Positions 18,250-28,999 of a stretch of 51,787 nucleotides of DNA are shown in pieces. The stretch's first letter is position 1. Each line of letters opens with the position of its first letter. Both the position numbers and the translations under genes were made by a program. The stretch covers positions 1-51,787 of the forward strand of contig JBFXGO010000010.1 of the NCBI GenBank assembly GCA_050239825.1. The letters are read 5' to 3'. The DNA is from a bacterium. Lineage in GTDB: Bacteria > Hydrothermota > 32-111. The notes beneath the pieces are model-generated. The model did not search any database and was not told where the DNA came from. It saw only the letters and a program-made list of their open reading frames with translations.

Positions 18250-19455
18250 TTACTCCCGCATTATTTCCGCCGGATTTATCTTTTTTATTCTCTTCAAAAC
18301 AAAGAGAGACGAGATCAGGGCGGATGCCAATCCCATCAGGAATCCCATAATGTTTGTTCCCCATGACATTACAGGATAAATTATCGGAGTTATCGGAAGC
18401 TCAACTGTTTTCATTGCTTCTGAATAATCAAAACCGACTCTTGCGCCTATAGCTGTTGCGGCGACTCCTATTACAAGCCCCATTGTAGAACCTATCAGTC
18501 CTATTATCAAAGCCTCATAAAAGAAGATTCTGAAAACATTCTCTGATTTAAGACCCATTGCCTTCATCATTCCTATCTCTTTCATTCTCTCGTAGAGAGA
18601 CATAACCATCGTGTTGACTATCGCAATTGAAGCAAGAAAGAAAATTACAACCGCCACAATAAACATAACGCTTGCAGATGCTTTTAAAGCCTGAAGAAGA
18701 GTCGTATCATCCTCCCAGTAAAGCATGAAATAATTTTTTCCTTCAAGATTCTTTTTCAATTTCTCGTAAGCAAACTTTGATTTGTAAAGGTCATTTGTAT
18801 AAACAAGCACTTCAGACGATTTATTTTTTGATAGAGCGAGGAGAGTCTGCGCATCTTCAATGTGAAGGAAGACCGTATAATTCGCTATGTACTCTATGTC
18901 AGTATCATAAAATTCATTTGCGACAAGAGAGATTCCGTTTAAGTATCCGTATGCTGTCTGAGTTATCAGCACTATCGTGTCGCCCTTCGATATTCCCTGC
19001 TTTGAGGCAAACTTTCTGGAGACTACTATCTCTCCCTTTCTGAGGGTGTTCTTTTTCAGTATTGCAAAATCCTTCTCTCTTTCGGGAAGCATTGCAAATC
19101 CGATCATTCCGTCGACTTCATTGTCGCCCTTAGCAACGAGAGTGCCGAATTTGATTCTCGGACGGATAAGTGTTATATCATCAATATTTTTTGAAGCTTC
19201 TTCAATTACCTTGAAGTCAACTGTCAAATTTACAGGCATCAGCCTCTCTTTCTCCTTGTAATCTTCATTGATTATCCTCATGTGTCCAGTCTGCATGTCG
19301 GTTACATTCTGAATTATCGGCACAAATTCGCCATCAATGAAAGATTTGCCGAATATCGTCGCGGCGACTGCAATCATTATACCCGTTGCAGTGAGTATCG
19401 TGCGCCTGTGGTTGCGGAATATATTCTTAAACGAGAGAAAGAAAAGAAATTTCAT
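18250..19455 (-). CDS. ABC transporter permease (FtsX/MacB/LolE family)
   Basis: KNIFRNHRRTILT, NTMVMSLYERMKEIGMMKAMG. Confidence 0.92.
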   Translation of the reverse strand: MKFLFFLSFKNIFRNHRRTILTATGIMIAVAATIFGKSFIDGEFVPIIQNVTDMQTGHMRIINEDYKEKERLMPVNLTVDFKVIEEASKNIDDITLIRPRIKFGTLVAKGDNEVDGMIGFAMLPEREKDFAILKKNTLRKGEIVVSRKFASKQGISKGDTIVLITQTAYGYLNGISLVANEFYDTDIEYIANYTVFLHIEDAQTLLALSKNKSSEVLVYTNDLYKSKFAYEKLKKNLEGKNYFMLYWEDDTTLLQALKASASVMFIVAVVIFFLASIAIVNTMVMSLYERMKEIGMMKAMGLKSENVFRIFFYEALIIGLIGSTMGLVIGVAATAIGARVGFDYSEAMKTVELPITPIIYPVMSWGTNIMGFLMGLASALISSLFVLKRIKKINPAEIMRE

Positions 19456-20681
19456 TTCAATGTCCTTATGATATTTTCTCTGACAACTCTGTATGCAGGA
19501 TAAAATGAAGCCATAATTCCAAGAAGAAGCCCGAAGAGCCCCGCTTTCACCGCAAGAAACAGGTCAAACTCACCCCTGAATACCGATTTTATGGGATATC
19601 CTATGTCAATGTCCTGGACCATCCCGCCTATGTTTATTCCCACAAATGATACGTAAGCCATGAGAGCAGTGCCGAAAACCATTCCTATTATTGCTGCGAT
19701 GAACCCCACAGATGCTCCCTCAAAGACAAACATTTTGACAATCGTTGAATTGGATGCCCCCATAGCCCTCATTGTGCCTATCTCTTTCATTCTCTCATAC
19801 ACAGAGAGAAGAATTGTGTTTGCTATTCCCACACCTCCGATTATGAGGACAATGAATATAAGCACTGAGGATGAATACTTTTTCACAGAGTCGATAGCAA
19901 CTATATCTACAGCCATATCTTCCCACGAAATAAGCTTCAGGTCGGGATGTTTGCCAAGTATTGGTTTTATTTCGTCTATGAATTTACCAAGATCTTTTAC
20001 ATTATTCAATTTAACGGCTATTGCAGAGACTTTATTGTTGAGATTCAGAAACTTATCCGCATCCTCAATATTCAGATAAACAGTCGTCCTGTCAATTTTG
20101 GGATTTCCCGTAACCACAAGTCCGTCAAAGTAAAGGTCGACTGCGTCAAATGTGCCTCCTCCGGTTCTTGATTGAAGTATGAAAACAGAATCATAAGGCA
20201 TCTCATACCATTTAAAAATATCCTCTCCGATAAGGAGCATGCCCTTTTCCAGATTCTTTATTTCAGGAAAGACCTTTTGCATGGTCATGAAGGTTTTTTT
20301 GTAGCTCTCATACTCAATGCCTCTGCATATCACAGACATTTTGTTTATTCCGTCAGAGAGGTTTCCTGTGAATATTACCTCATTTGCATGGGAGAAGACA
20401 AGCTTTGAATGGTTAAGAATTTCCATTATATCAGATGGTATATCAAAAGTTTCCTGCACTCCAAACCCTTTCTTATCAAGAGAAAAATCTCTGTGCACTA
20501 TCTTTAAATCGGCAGATTCATAGTTCCTCAGGTTGAGTTTTGAGTCATTGTTGATTCCGCCGAGCAGCGACAAAACAAATATCAATATCGCAGTGCCGAA
20601 TATTACAGGAAGCATTGTAAGAATCGTCCGCTGACGCTTCCTTAGGATGTTTTTTACAGCCAGTTTGATCCAGTATTTCAT
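19452..20681 (-). CDS. ABC transporter permease (FtsX/MacB/LolC family)
   Basis: KNILRKRQRTILT, NTILLSVYERMKEIGTMRAMG, SFYPAYR. Confidence 0.92.
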   Translation of the reverse strand: MKYWIKLAVKNILRKRQRTILTMLPVIFGTAILIFVLSLLGGINNDSKLNLRNYESADLKIVHRDFSLDKKGFGVQETFDIPSDIMEILNHSKLVFSHANEVIFTGNLSDGINKMSVICRGIEYESYKKTFMTMQKVFPEIKNLEKGMLLIGEDIFKWYEMPYDSVFILQSRTGGGTFDAVDLYFDGLVVTGNPKIDRTTVYLNIEDADKFLNLNNKVSAIAVKLNNVKDLGKFIDEIKPILGKHPDLKLISWEDMAVDIVAIDSVKKYSSSVLIFIVLIIGGVGIANTILLSVYERMKEIGTMRAMGASNSTIVKMFVFEGASVGFIAAIIGMVFGTALMAYVSFVGINIGGMVQDIDIGYPIKSVFRGEFDLFLAVKAGLFGLLLGIMASFYPAYRVVRENIIRTLK

Positions 20682-21361
20682 TGAACTGTGCTTCCTTCTA
20701 TTCTGCCGTCTCTCAGATGAACAACTTTTTCGGCATAATCCATTACAAGCTTGTCATGCGTCGAAAAGAGGAATGATGTTTTCAGCTCTTCATTCATTTT
20801 TTTCATTATCTCCATAATATTCTTCGCATTCTCCGAATCCAGATTTGCAGTGGGTTCGTCCGCAAGTATCAATGAGGGCTTCTTTACGAGCGCTCGGGCT
20901 ATTGCCACCCTCTGCTTCTGCCCTCCCGAGAGTTCCGAAGGAAATCTTTTTTTAAGTTCGGAAATTCCAACCATCTCAAGCATCTGCATAATGAGGGTTT
21001 CGTGTTTCTCTTTTACAAATGGATTTATTGCAAGAGCAAATTCAACATTCTCGTATACTGTCAAAACCGGAATAAGGTTGAAATCCTGAAATATGAATCC
21101 GATGTGTTTGTTCCTGAATACTGTCAGCTGATTGTCATTCATCGGCACAATATCTTGTTCGCCGAAAATAACTTGTCCGGCGGTCGGCTTGTCGAGGCAT
21201 CCAATTATATTCAGAAGAGTTGTCTTGCCGCTCCCCGACGGACCGGCGACTGAGATGAACGAACCCTGCTCTATAAACATGTCAATTTCTTTAAGCGCCT
21301 GTACGGATTGGGTTCCGACTTTGTAATCCTTGAAGAGATTTTCAATCCTAATATTTGCCAT
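20678..21361 (-). CDS. ABC transporter ATP-binding protein (LolD/MacB-like)
   Basis: GPSGSGKT, LSGGQKQR, ILADEPTANLD, STHD. Confidence 0.95.
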   Translation of the reverse strand: MANIRIENLFKDYKVGTQSVQALKEIDMFIEQGSFISVAGPSGSGKTTLLNIIGCLDKPTAGQVIFGEQDIVPMNDNQLTVFRNKHIGFIFQDFNLIPVLTVYENVEFALAINPFVKEKHETLIMQMLEMVGISELKKRFPSELSGGQKQRVAIARALVKKPSLILADEPTANLDSENAKNIMEIMKKMNEELKTSFLFSTHDKLVMDYAEKVVHLRDGRIEGSTVQ

Positions 21362-21490
21362 GCTACCTCCGTTTATAATGAAAATATTATATTACCTTTG
21401 ATGTATGTCAAGAGAAATCGGAATACCAAACCATCTGTTTTCTTATTATCATAATTTTGTTGAAAGCAACTTTATTCCGAGAATGCCTTC

Positions 21491-21518
21491 TTGACTAATA
21501 AAGTTTATCCAATATAAT
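21491..21518 (+). promoter_or_regulatory. Putative promoter TTGACT-N16-TATAAT for the yajC-fmt-purF operon
   Basis: Read directly from sequence. Confidence 0.55.
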
Positions 21519-21573
21519 GGTAAGGTGATTCAATGAAATTTTGATTTTTTAACAACAAAACAACGGAGTAAAA

Positions 21574-21903
21574 ATGTTTGCAAAGTTTTTCCCTTTCTCT
21601 CAGGCACAGGCTGCGCCGCAGCAAAACCCGCTTGTATCATTATTGCCCATAGTGATAATGTTCGTCGCGCTTTATTTTCTTTTCATTATGCCGCAGCAGA
21701 AGGCAGACAAAAAGCACAAAGAGATGCTGAAATCTCTCGATAAGGGAGCAAGGGTGCTTTTATCATCTGGAATAATCGGAGTTATAATGAATGTCAAAGA
21801 GGATATTCTTGTCGTTGAGATATCTCCCAAAGTAGAGATAAAGGTTTTGAAGACAACGGTGACAAAAGTTTTGGAAGGCGACCACGACATAAAAGATGCA
21901 TGA
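21574..21903 (+). CDS. yajC: Preprotein translocase subunit YajC
   Basis: YFLFIMPQQK..HKEMLKSL.KG.RV..SSGIIG. Confidence 0.93.
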   Translation: MFAKFFPFSQAQAAPQQNPLVSLLPIVIMFVALYFLFIMPQQKADKKHKEMLKSLDKGARVLLSSGIIGVIMNVKEDILVVEISPKVEIKVLKTTVTKVLEGDHDIKDA

Positions 21904-22828
21904 TTATGCATTTATAGGAAATGATCGGACATCGCTTCTTTTTCTTCAAAAGGTGTTTGAGAAGAGAAGACCTAAATATATAATAACCGGCGAGGACAGA
22001 ATTGAAGGAAGGGGCAGAAAACTCACACCCTCTATGCTTGCATCATTTGCAGAAGAGAAATCGCTGAAATGCTTCAAAACCAATAACCCGAACAGCGCAG
22101 AGTTTCTTCAAAAAATTTCTTTGGCAGGCGCGGTTGAATTTTTTCTTGTATTCTCCTTCGGATACTATCTTAAGAATGGTTTTCTAAAAACTCCGCAGAG
22201 GATGTGCGTCAACATACACCCGTCTCTTCTTCCTCTTTACAGAGGAGCCGCTCCATTGAACAGGGCGATTATGAATGGGGACAGTAAAAGCGGAGTGACA
22301 TTCTTCAAAATGGCTTCAAAAATGGATGCAGGCGAAATAATCGTATCGGAGGAGATTCCTTTAAAGAGAGATGAAACATCGTTAAGTTTGGGAATAAAAG
22401 CAGTGGAAAAAGCAGCAGATATTTTCATGAAATTCGACTGGAGCGCTGATTTTCCTTTGTTGCCTCAGGATGATTCAAGATCAACCGTAGCTCCCAAGGT
22501 AGATAAGAGGGAACTCCTTCTGGATTTGACGCTGAATGCAGATGAGATTAAAAACAGAATAAACGGCCTTTCGGAATACGGAATAAAATGCACTATCAAC
22601 GGTAGAAAATTGAAAATCCGTTCCTCATCACTTGAAGAATCCTTTTCCGAAAAAGATGCGGGTCTCATTGAAATAAAAGATAAAAGAATTATAATGTATT
22701 GCAGGAAAGGCAGCATATCACTGAATGAGATACAACCGGACGGAAAAGCTGTGATGAGTGCGGAAAGCTACATAAACGGATATAAATTAAAAAACGGAGA
22801 TAAAGTATGTGCGGAATTTTTGGAGTAA
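21896..22828 (+). CDS. fmt: Methionyl-tRNA formyltransferase
   Basis: GRGRKL, NIHPSLLPLYRGAAP, MDAG, QPDGK. Confidence 0.92.
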   Translation: MHDYAFIGNDRTSLLFLQKVFEKRRPKYIITGEDRIEGRGRKLTPSMLASFAEEKSLKCFKTNNPNSAEFLQKISLAGAVEFFLVFSFGYYLKNGFLKTPQRMCVNIHPSLLPLYRGAAPLNRAIMNGDSKSGVTFFKMASKMDAGEIIVSEEIPLKRDETSLSLGIKAVEKAADIFMKFDWSADFPLLPQDDSRSTVAPKVDKRELLLDLTLNADEIKNRINGLSEYGIKCTINGRKLKIRSSSLEESFSEKDAGLIEIKDKRIIMYCRKGSISLNEIQPDGKAVMSAESYINGYKLKNGDKVCAEFLE

Positions 22829-24225
22829 CCGGTTCGAAGAGCGCATTTATAGACCTTTACAAGGGACTAAAGATGATTCAGCACAGGGGGCAGGACACCT
22901 GCGGAATAGTCACTTATGACAACCATTTCAACATTAAAAGAGTCGAAGGCCTCGTAACAAATTCTTTTGACGAAAATGACATAAACAAACTCACAGGCAC
23001 TGTGGGAATAGCCCATGTGAGATACCCCACAATAGGAAAGGGCGGGGTTGAAAATGCGCAGCCGGTTTACACCAATACGCCTTATGGAATAATTATGGCT
23101 CATAACGGAAATGTGTCAAACTATTTCCAGCTTCATGAGCGTCTTCAGAAAAAATATCACAGGTATATAAATTCCGATGTCGATGTCCAGATAATACTTA
23201 ATGTCTTTGCATACCACCTCAGCATGCATCAAAATTTCACATTCGACATACTCTGTGATACAGTGCGTCAGGTTTTCAAGGAAGTAAAGGGCAGTTATTC
23301 GGTAATAGCATACATTGCAGAGAAGGGCTTTGTCGCATTCAGAGACCCGATAGGATTCCGGCCGCTTGTATTCGGAAGAAAGGATGGTGTGACGGCCTTC
23401 TCATCCGAAAGCGTCTCTCTTGAAGCAATAGGCATCAATGATTTTGAAGATGTGAAACCGGGTGAAGTCATATTCATTGATGAAAAGAACAGAATGATGA
23501 GAGAACGTCTCATAAAATCCGAGCAGAAAGCGTGTATTTTTGAATGGGTTTATTTTGCGCGCCCCGATTCCATAATAGACGGCATAGATGTATATAATGC
23601 AAGATACCGCCTTGGGGAAGAGCTTGCCGAAGAATTGATGAATAGAAAGAATGATTTTGATGTCATAATACCTGTGCCGGACACTGCGCGCACAGCATCA
23701 TTGGCATGCGCGACTAAACTTAATCTCCCGTACAGAGAGGGATTGATAAAAAACAGGTATATCGGACGCACCTTCATAATGCCCGGACAAAAGAAGAGAA
23801 TGGATGCAATTAGAGAGAAGCTTCATCCTATAAGAATCGAACTTGAAGGGAAAAAAGTTCTTCTGATTGACGATTCTATAGTCAGAGGCAACACATCCAA
23901 ATCAATTGTAAAACTTGTCAGAGATGCAGGAGCTAAAGAGGTTCATTTTGCAGTCTACTCGCCTGCTTTGAAATATCCGTGTTTTTACGGAATAGACATT
24001 CAGCATGCAGATGAGTTCCTTGCCAACAGGTGCGACGAGAAAAAAATAGCAGATGAGATAGGGGCTGATTCAATGCACTACCTGTCAATAAGAGGACTGA
24101 TAAAGGGAGTGGGAATCGACAGAACCGGTTTCTGCACGGCATGTTTCAGCGGGAAATATCCGCAGAAAGTCAACCGAGCGGATATAAACAAGATTCATGA
24201 TGACAGATCAACAGCCCACAGCTGA
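22807..24225 (+). CDS. purF: Amidophosphoribosyltransferase
   Basis: MCGIFG, QHRGQD, CIFEWVYFARPDS, DDSIVRGNT, CTACFSG. Confidence 0.97.
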   Translation: MCGIFGVTGSKSAFIDLYKGLKMIQHRGQDTCGIVTYDNHFNIKRVEGLVTNSFDENDINKLTGTVGIAHVRYPTIGKGGVENAQPVYTNTPYGIIMAHNGNVSNYFQLHERLQKKYHRYINSDVDVQIILNVFAYHLSMHQNFTFDILCDTVRQVFKEVKGSYSVIAYIAEKGFVAFRDPIGFRPLVFGRKDGVTAFSSESVSLEAIGINDFEDVKPGEVIFIDEKNRMMRERLIKSEQKACIFEWVYFARPDSIIDGIDVYNARYRLGEELAEELMNRKNDFDVIIPVPDTARTASLACATKLNLPYREGLIKNRYIGRTFIMPGQKKRMDAIREKLHPIRIELEGKKVLLIDDSIVRGNTSKSIVKLVRDAGAKEVHFAVYSPALKYPCFYGIDIQHADEFLANRCDEKKIADEIGADSMHYLSIRGLIKGVGIDRTGFCTACFSGKYPQKVNRADINKIHDDRSTAHS

Positions 24226-24239
24226 GAAGCAGAGGGCCC

Positions 24240-27200
24240 ATGCTCTTTTTTCAGGCATTGGTATTTTTTCTGAATTTTTCACTTGCGGCTGATACTCTCT
24301 CCGTAAGCGAAAAAACAGATACCGTTTTTTTCGAGAAGGCAATTTATGACAATTCCCTGATGATTCTCTCAGACAACTTCATTCTAAAATCCGACGAGGA
24401 TTATATATTTTCCAAGGGGAAATTGATATTCCTGAAGAATGTCTCTTTCCCGGTAAAAATAATCTTTGAAGAGGCAGAGCAGGATATTTCATACTCTTAT
24501 AAAAAATTTTCAATGACCGAAGCGGAGGACGATTCTTTTTTATTCAAGGAGACTGTTGATGATTCTTCGACTTTGTTTCTGAATGGATTAAAATCCTTTT
24601 TTGTCTCTACTCAGAGCGGAAATGTTGTTATGGACCAGTCTCTTGATGTTCTTATAGGAGGAAAACTTACCGATGATTGGAACGTTGAAGGAAGAATTTA
24701 CGATAATACTGCTGAAATGAATTCGGCGACAATAAACACTCCTATAAGCAAGCTTGAAAATCTCCGCATAGCGCTTTACGGCCCAAAAGAAGAGATAATA
24801 CTCGGCAGTTCGTCATTCAGCGGATTCTCAAATGAATTCTCTTCATTTTACAGAGAGATCTTCGGGATAAAAGCATCCGTGAAAATCAAAAATTATCCTC
24901 TGAGCATATCTGCGGCAGGACAAAAAGGAAGATTTTCATCAACATCATTCTACTGCACTGACGGAATACAGGGGCCTTACAAACTGCAGGAGAATTACCA
25001 GATGACTATGTACGCAGTGGCTCCGGAGAGCGAAAGAATCTTCCTCGACGGAGAGCTTCTCCGGAGAGGAGAAGACAATGACTATACTATCAATTATTTC
25101 ACTGGAGAGATAATATTCTCGCCTGTCATTATGGTTGATGGGAAATCATATGTGTATGCTGAATTCCAGACATATGAGGAACTGACTCCCGTGACAGGGT
25201 ATTTTCTTAAGGCAGGAGAGGACACTTCTGGGCTGACGGTTCTTTTCGGACATGAAGACCAGTCTGTCTCTGATGAAAAGACAATCGAACTTTTAAAAAA
25301 CATTGCATCAGATTCATCCGAATTTGTTATAAGCGGAGCAGTCTTCGTCGGAGCAGGCAACGGAAAATACATTTTGGATGATTCGGTTTTTGTTTTTGCA
25401 GGAGAAGGCAGAGGAGATTACAATGTGGAATTCTACTATGCAGGTTATGGAAACGGCGACTATATCTACTCACCTTCAAATTCATGCTATGTCTATGCGG
25501 GAGAATCTTCGGGAAACTATTCCGCGGAAAAAACACTGCTGATGCCATTCTCATCGGACTACCTCTCACTTTCATACAAGAAAACATTTCCTTTAGGCAA
25601 ATTGAATTTAGAAGGAAGCGGGGGTCTTTACAGCAATAACAGGTATTCGGAGTCAAGTGAAAGAAAAAGCAATCCGAGCTTCGGTTGCAGATATGAATCT
25701 CCGGTCTTCTCATTGGGAAACATTTCTTCTGATTTTTCAATTTCCGGCTTTTCAAGGTCGGAAATTTACAGGGAAAAATGGGGCTCATCAAAGATGTCTG
25801 ACGAGGAACTTTTCAAAATTCTTGACAAACGATCCGCAGGGAAAGAATTGAAATTCGGTTCAAATTTCGGATATGACACACTCTTCAAGGCAGGAGGTTA
25901 TTATTCCCTCCTTGACTCTTCACAAGACTCCCGTTTTTCGATTTCATCAGACACACTGTTTGGATTTTTTGCATCAACCTCCAAAAGAATTTCATATACT
26001 GCGGATTCACTCGCATACTCCTCCTCAGAAATAAAAGTAGGCAGGAGCTTCGCTTCGGGGGTGCTCTATGGTTTCTTAGAAGAGCAAAAGAGAGGTGATT
26101 TTATCTCTCTTGAAAGAGGCGGAGGCACTTTGCTCAAATTGATTCCGATTAAAATGGAGTATTCCGTCGAGGATGCTTTTGTTCTCTCATCCCTGACAAA
26201 GAAAACAGACATAGCCAGACTCGAGTTCGCAGGCTCATGGAGCAAAGCGGCGGCCTCAGTGGTATCAGAATACAGAAGCATTGAGGATATCTCATCAGCA
26301 TCTGCTTCAGACAGGCTGGGTCTCTCTTCAAACCTCTCTCTTCTCTTCGGACACTCATTCACTTCTTATTCTTCATTCTCTCTGACTTCTTTGTCCGCAT
26401 ATAGGGACATTGACTATTATGTCTATGCGGGTGAAGGGCGGGGCGACTACATCTATGACGATGCGACCGAGTCTTACATTTTCGATGAGGTATACGGCTC
26501 CTATATAAAGCTGACTGAGAGAGCTCAAAGCGATGAGCCCGCGATAGGAAGAAAATTCTCTTTCAATGCAAGGTCTCTTGTCGGACTGTTGGATATCAGG
26601 GCGGATATAATGTACGATGACCTCTGTAAATCATTCTTCAGCATAGACACAGTTTCATTCACCTCACAGGCATACTCTCTCTCTTTTGACGGAATATACT
26701 CTCTTAATAATGACTTGAAGCCTTTTAACAAATCATCCCTCTCCTCCGATTTCAGGGAATCCGTCTCTTCAGGCAATTCACTCTCAATACTGACCGGAAT
26801 AAAGGGAGACAAAGTCCTTCCATACTCGGCGGGTTTTCTATATACATCAGATAGCCAGAGGTATCAGACGGGATACTATCTCATTCATGCAAAAAAAGGC
26901 GTTGTATCTTTCAATGCATCAAATGAGAGAGCGGCCTATCTGTTTAATTTTTCTTTCGGCATATTTGAAGGAGAGTATGATTTTGAGAGTTACGACTCAT
27001 CCGGTATTGCAGGCCGCACACTTTCGGTTGAAATAACGACAAGACATGGACTATCGGGTGATTTTTCAATTTCTGCGTCTCCTTATGCGGCGTACAATGT
27101 TTTTTATCGGGGCGATTCATCGCCTCTTGTAATTCATTATAAGTATCCGGAAGGAGCATCGTTTTCAGGAAAGATTTCCCTGATTTTTTCAAATAATTCC

Positions 27201-27290
27201 GTAAATGCATCCCTCTCTTATGTGGGGGAGTTTGACGAGAAGTATTTATTCAACCAGAGAATCGAGGCTTCCCTACTCACTTATTTCTGA
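24240..27290 (+). CDS. Large exported/outer-membrane protein (1016 aa) with Gly/Tyr repeats
   Basis: Signal peptide; SERIFLDGELLRRGEDNDYTINYFTGEIIF motif; C-terminal Phe. Confidence 0.75.
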   Translation: MLFFQALVFFLNFSLAADTLSVSEKTDTVFFEKAIYDNSLMILSDNFILKSDEDYIFSKGKLIFLKNVSFPVKIIFEEAEQDISYSYKKFSMTEAEDDSFLFKETVDDSSTLFLNGLKSFFVSTQSGNVVMDQSLDVLIGGKLTDDWNVEGRIYDNTAEMNSATINTPISKLENLRIALYGPKEEIILGSSSFSGFSNEFSSFYREIFGIKASVKIKNYPLSISAAGQKGRFSSTSFYCTDGIQGPYKLQENYQMTMYAVAPESERIFLDGELLRRGEDNDYTINYFTGEIIFSPVIMVDGKSYVYAEFQTYEELTPVTGYFLKAGEDTSGLTVLFGHEDQSVSDEKTIELLKNIASDSSEFVISGAVFVGAGNGKYILDDSVFVFAGEGRGDYNVEFYYAGYGNGDYIYSPSNSCYVYAGESSGNYSAEKTLLMPFSSDYLSLSYKKTFPLGKLNLEGSGGLYSNNRYSESSERKSNPSFGCRYESPVFSLGNISSDFSISGFSRSEIYREKWGSSKMSDEELFKILDKRSAGKELKFGSNFGYDTLFKAGGYYSLLDSSQDSRFSISSDTLFGFFASTSKRISYTADSLAYSSSEIKVGRSFASGVLYGFLEEQKRGDFISLERGGGTLLKLIPIKMEYSVEDAFVLSSLTKKTDIARLEFAGSWSKAAASVVSEYRSIEDISSASASDRLGLSSNLSLLFGHSFTSYSSFSLTSLSAYRDIDYYVYAGEGRGDYIYDDATESYIFDEVYGSYIKLTERAQSDEPAIGRKFSFNARSLVGLLDIRADIMYDDLCKSFFSIDTVSFTSQAYSLSFDGIYSLNNDLKPFNKSSLSSDFRESVSSGNSLSILTGIKGDKVLPYSAGFLYTSDSQRYQTGYYLIHAKKGVVSFNASNERAAYLFNFSFGIFEGEYDFESYDSSGIAGRTLSVEITTRHGLSGDFSISASPYAAYNVFYRGDSSPLVIHYKYPEGASFSGKISLIFSNNSVNASLSYVGEFDEKYLFNQRIEASLLTYF

Positions 27291-27734
27291 AAATTTCTTT
27301 TCCACCTTGAATGGGAATTTATATGTGCCGAATGATGTCTTGAATTCAGCATCTCCGCGCACCTCAATTTTGGCATTCATATCCACAGTAAACTTCGTCA
27401 GAAAATCAGAAGCATCATTGTAACCTATTACAAGGGTGGTCGGATATATGGATGACTCTTTTTTTCTTATAACAAAGACATTCTCAGACATCCCTTCCGC
27501 CACTTTCATTTCATCGACAAAAATCTGATAAGAGACCTTGTTTAAAGTCACATCCGCTTTATTGGGGTTTGAAACCTTCATGTTTACTATGAACTTCATG
27601 CCTGAAAGCGTCGGCATCCCCACTTCAAAAGAATCATATTCATAATCAAGATTCTTTATCGCATTCATCTGATTAAAAACAGAGCATCCTGAAATAAATA
27701 AGACAACAAGCAACACTGCTGATATTTTTTTCAT
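27273..27734 (-). CDS. LEA type 2 (WHy) family lipoprotein
   Basis: Lipobox ISGC; VSNPN motif. Confidence 0.85.
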   Translation of the reverse strand: MKKISAVLLVVLFISGCSVFNQMNAIKNLDYEYDSFEVGMPTLSGMKFIVNMKVSNPNKADVTLNKVSYQIFVDEMKVAEGMSENVFVIRKKESSIYPTTLVIGYNDASDFLTKFTVDMNAKIEVRGDAEFKTSFGTYKFPFKVEKKFSEISE

Positions 27735-28999
27735 CTTATCATCCCCTTTAAGCGTCTTTCATACTCTTTGAAATCCACTGATTTTCCATTCACACCGTCA
27801 GCATGCGCCTGCTTCAGCACAGCAAGAGACTCATCGATGAATACCCGCCTGTCAAAAGGTTTTGGAATTATGTATTCCTTTGAGAATTTCAGATCTTCCC
27901 TGTAAAGTTTTTTCACATATTCCGGAACCCTCTTTCTTGCAAGTAGGGCAAGCGACATTGCGGCGGCGAACTTCATATTTTCTGTCACCCTTGAAGCTCT
28001 GCAATCCAGAACACCTCTGAAAATAAAGGGGAAGCCGAGTACATTGTTTATCTGATTGGGATAGTCCGACCTCCCGGTGCATATTACTGCATCTTTTCTC
28101 GCTCTTCTTGCCGCTTTAAAGTCAATCTCAGGGTCTGGATTCGCCAGAGCAAAAATAATCGGATTTTTTGCCATCTTTTTGATTATCTTTTCCGTCAAAA
28201 CGCCCTTCGCGGAAAGACCGAGAAACAAATCGGCGCCCTCTATTGCTTCACTTATCGTGATGGGTGATTTTTTTTGAGAGAACCTTCTGTTGTATTTGTT
28301 GGTATCCTTTCTTTTTAAATTCAGATGACCGTCTCTGTCAAATACATCTATTTTTGAAATATCTGCTCCGGCTTTGACGAACATATTTAAAGTGGGAAGA
28401 GCCGCGGCTCCGGCACCTGATGCAACAATTTTCATCGAAGAAATATCCTTTTGAAGAAGTTCGCTCGCATTGAGAAGCCCTGCGGTGGCTATGACTGAAG
28501 TGCCGTGCTGATCATCGTGAAAAACCGGAATTTTCATTTTTTCAATTAGTTTTTCCTCTATATAGAAGCAATCCGGACCTTTTATGTCTTCAAGATTTAT
28601 TCCGCCGAATGTGGGTTCAAGAGATGATACAATCAGCACAAACCTGTCAAGATCTTTTTCATTTATCTCTATGTCAAACGCATCCACTCCGGCGAATTTT
28701 TTGAACAGAACGCTCTTTCCCTCCATTACCGGCTTTGATGCAGAGGCACCTATATTTCCAAGCCCGAGAACCGCCGTTCCGTTGGATATCACTCCTACAA
28801 GATTTCCTCTGTTTGTGTAACTGTATGATGCAAGCGGATTCTTTTCGATTTCAAGGCAGGGAGCCGCAACTCCCGGGGTGTATGCAAGAGAAAGATCATC
28901 CTTTGATTCACATTTTTTTTTAATTGAAATTTCAATCTTCCCGGGAGTGGGAAAGGAATGGTAATCGAGAGATCTATCTCTAAGGGATTTTTTTATCAA
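27731..28999 (-). CDS. NAD(P)-dependent malic enzyme
   Basis: LSLAYTPGVA, KPVMEGK, INLEDI, FHDDQHGT, GAGAAA, GRSDYPNQINN; no PTA fusion. Confidence 0.95.
   Translation of the reverse strand: MIKKSLRDRSLDYHSFPTPGKIEISIKKKCESKDDLSLAYTPGVAAPCLEIEKNPLASYSYTNRGNLVGVISNGTAVLGLGNIGASASKPVMEGKSVLFKKFAGVDAFDIEINEKDLDRFVLIVSSLEPTFGGINLEDIKGPDCFYIEEKLIEKMKIPVFHDDQHGTSVIATAGLLNASELLQKDISSMKIVASGAGAAALPTLNMFVKAGADISKIDVFDRDGHLNLKRKDTNKYNRRFSQKKSPITISEAIEGADLFLGLSAKGVLTEKIIKKMAKNPIIFALANPDPEIDFKAARRARKDAVICTGRSDYPNQINNVLGFPFIFRGVLDCRASRVTENMKFAAAMSLALLARKRVPEYVKKLYREDLKFSKEYIIPKPFDRRVFIDESLAVLKQAHADGVNGKSVDFKEYERRLKGMIR

Noticed and set aside
16424..21361. LolD/MacB-like ABC + LolA-like + beta-barrel cluster as a novel system
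   Set aside because: A widespread, commonly annotated gene arrangement; nothing unusual seen.
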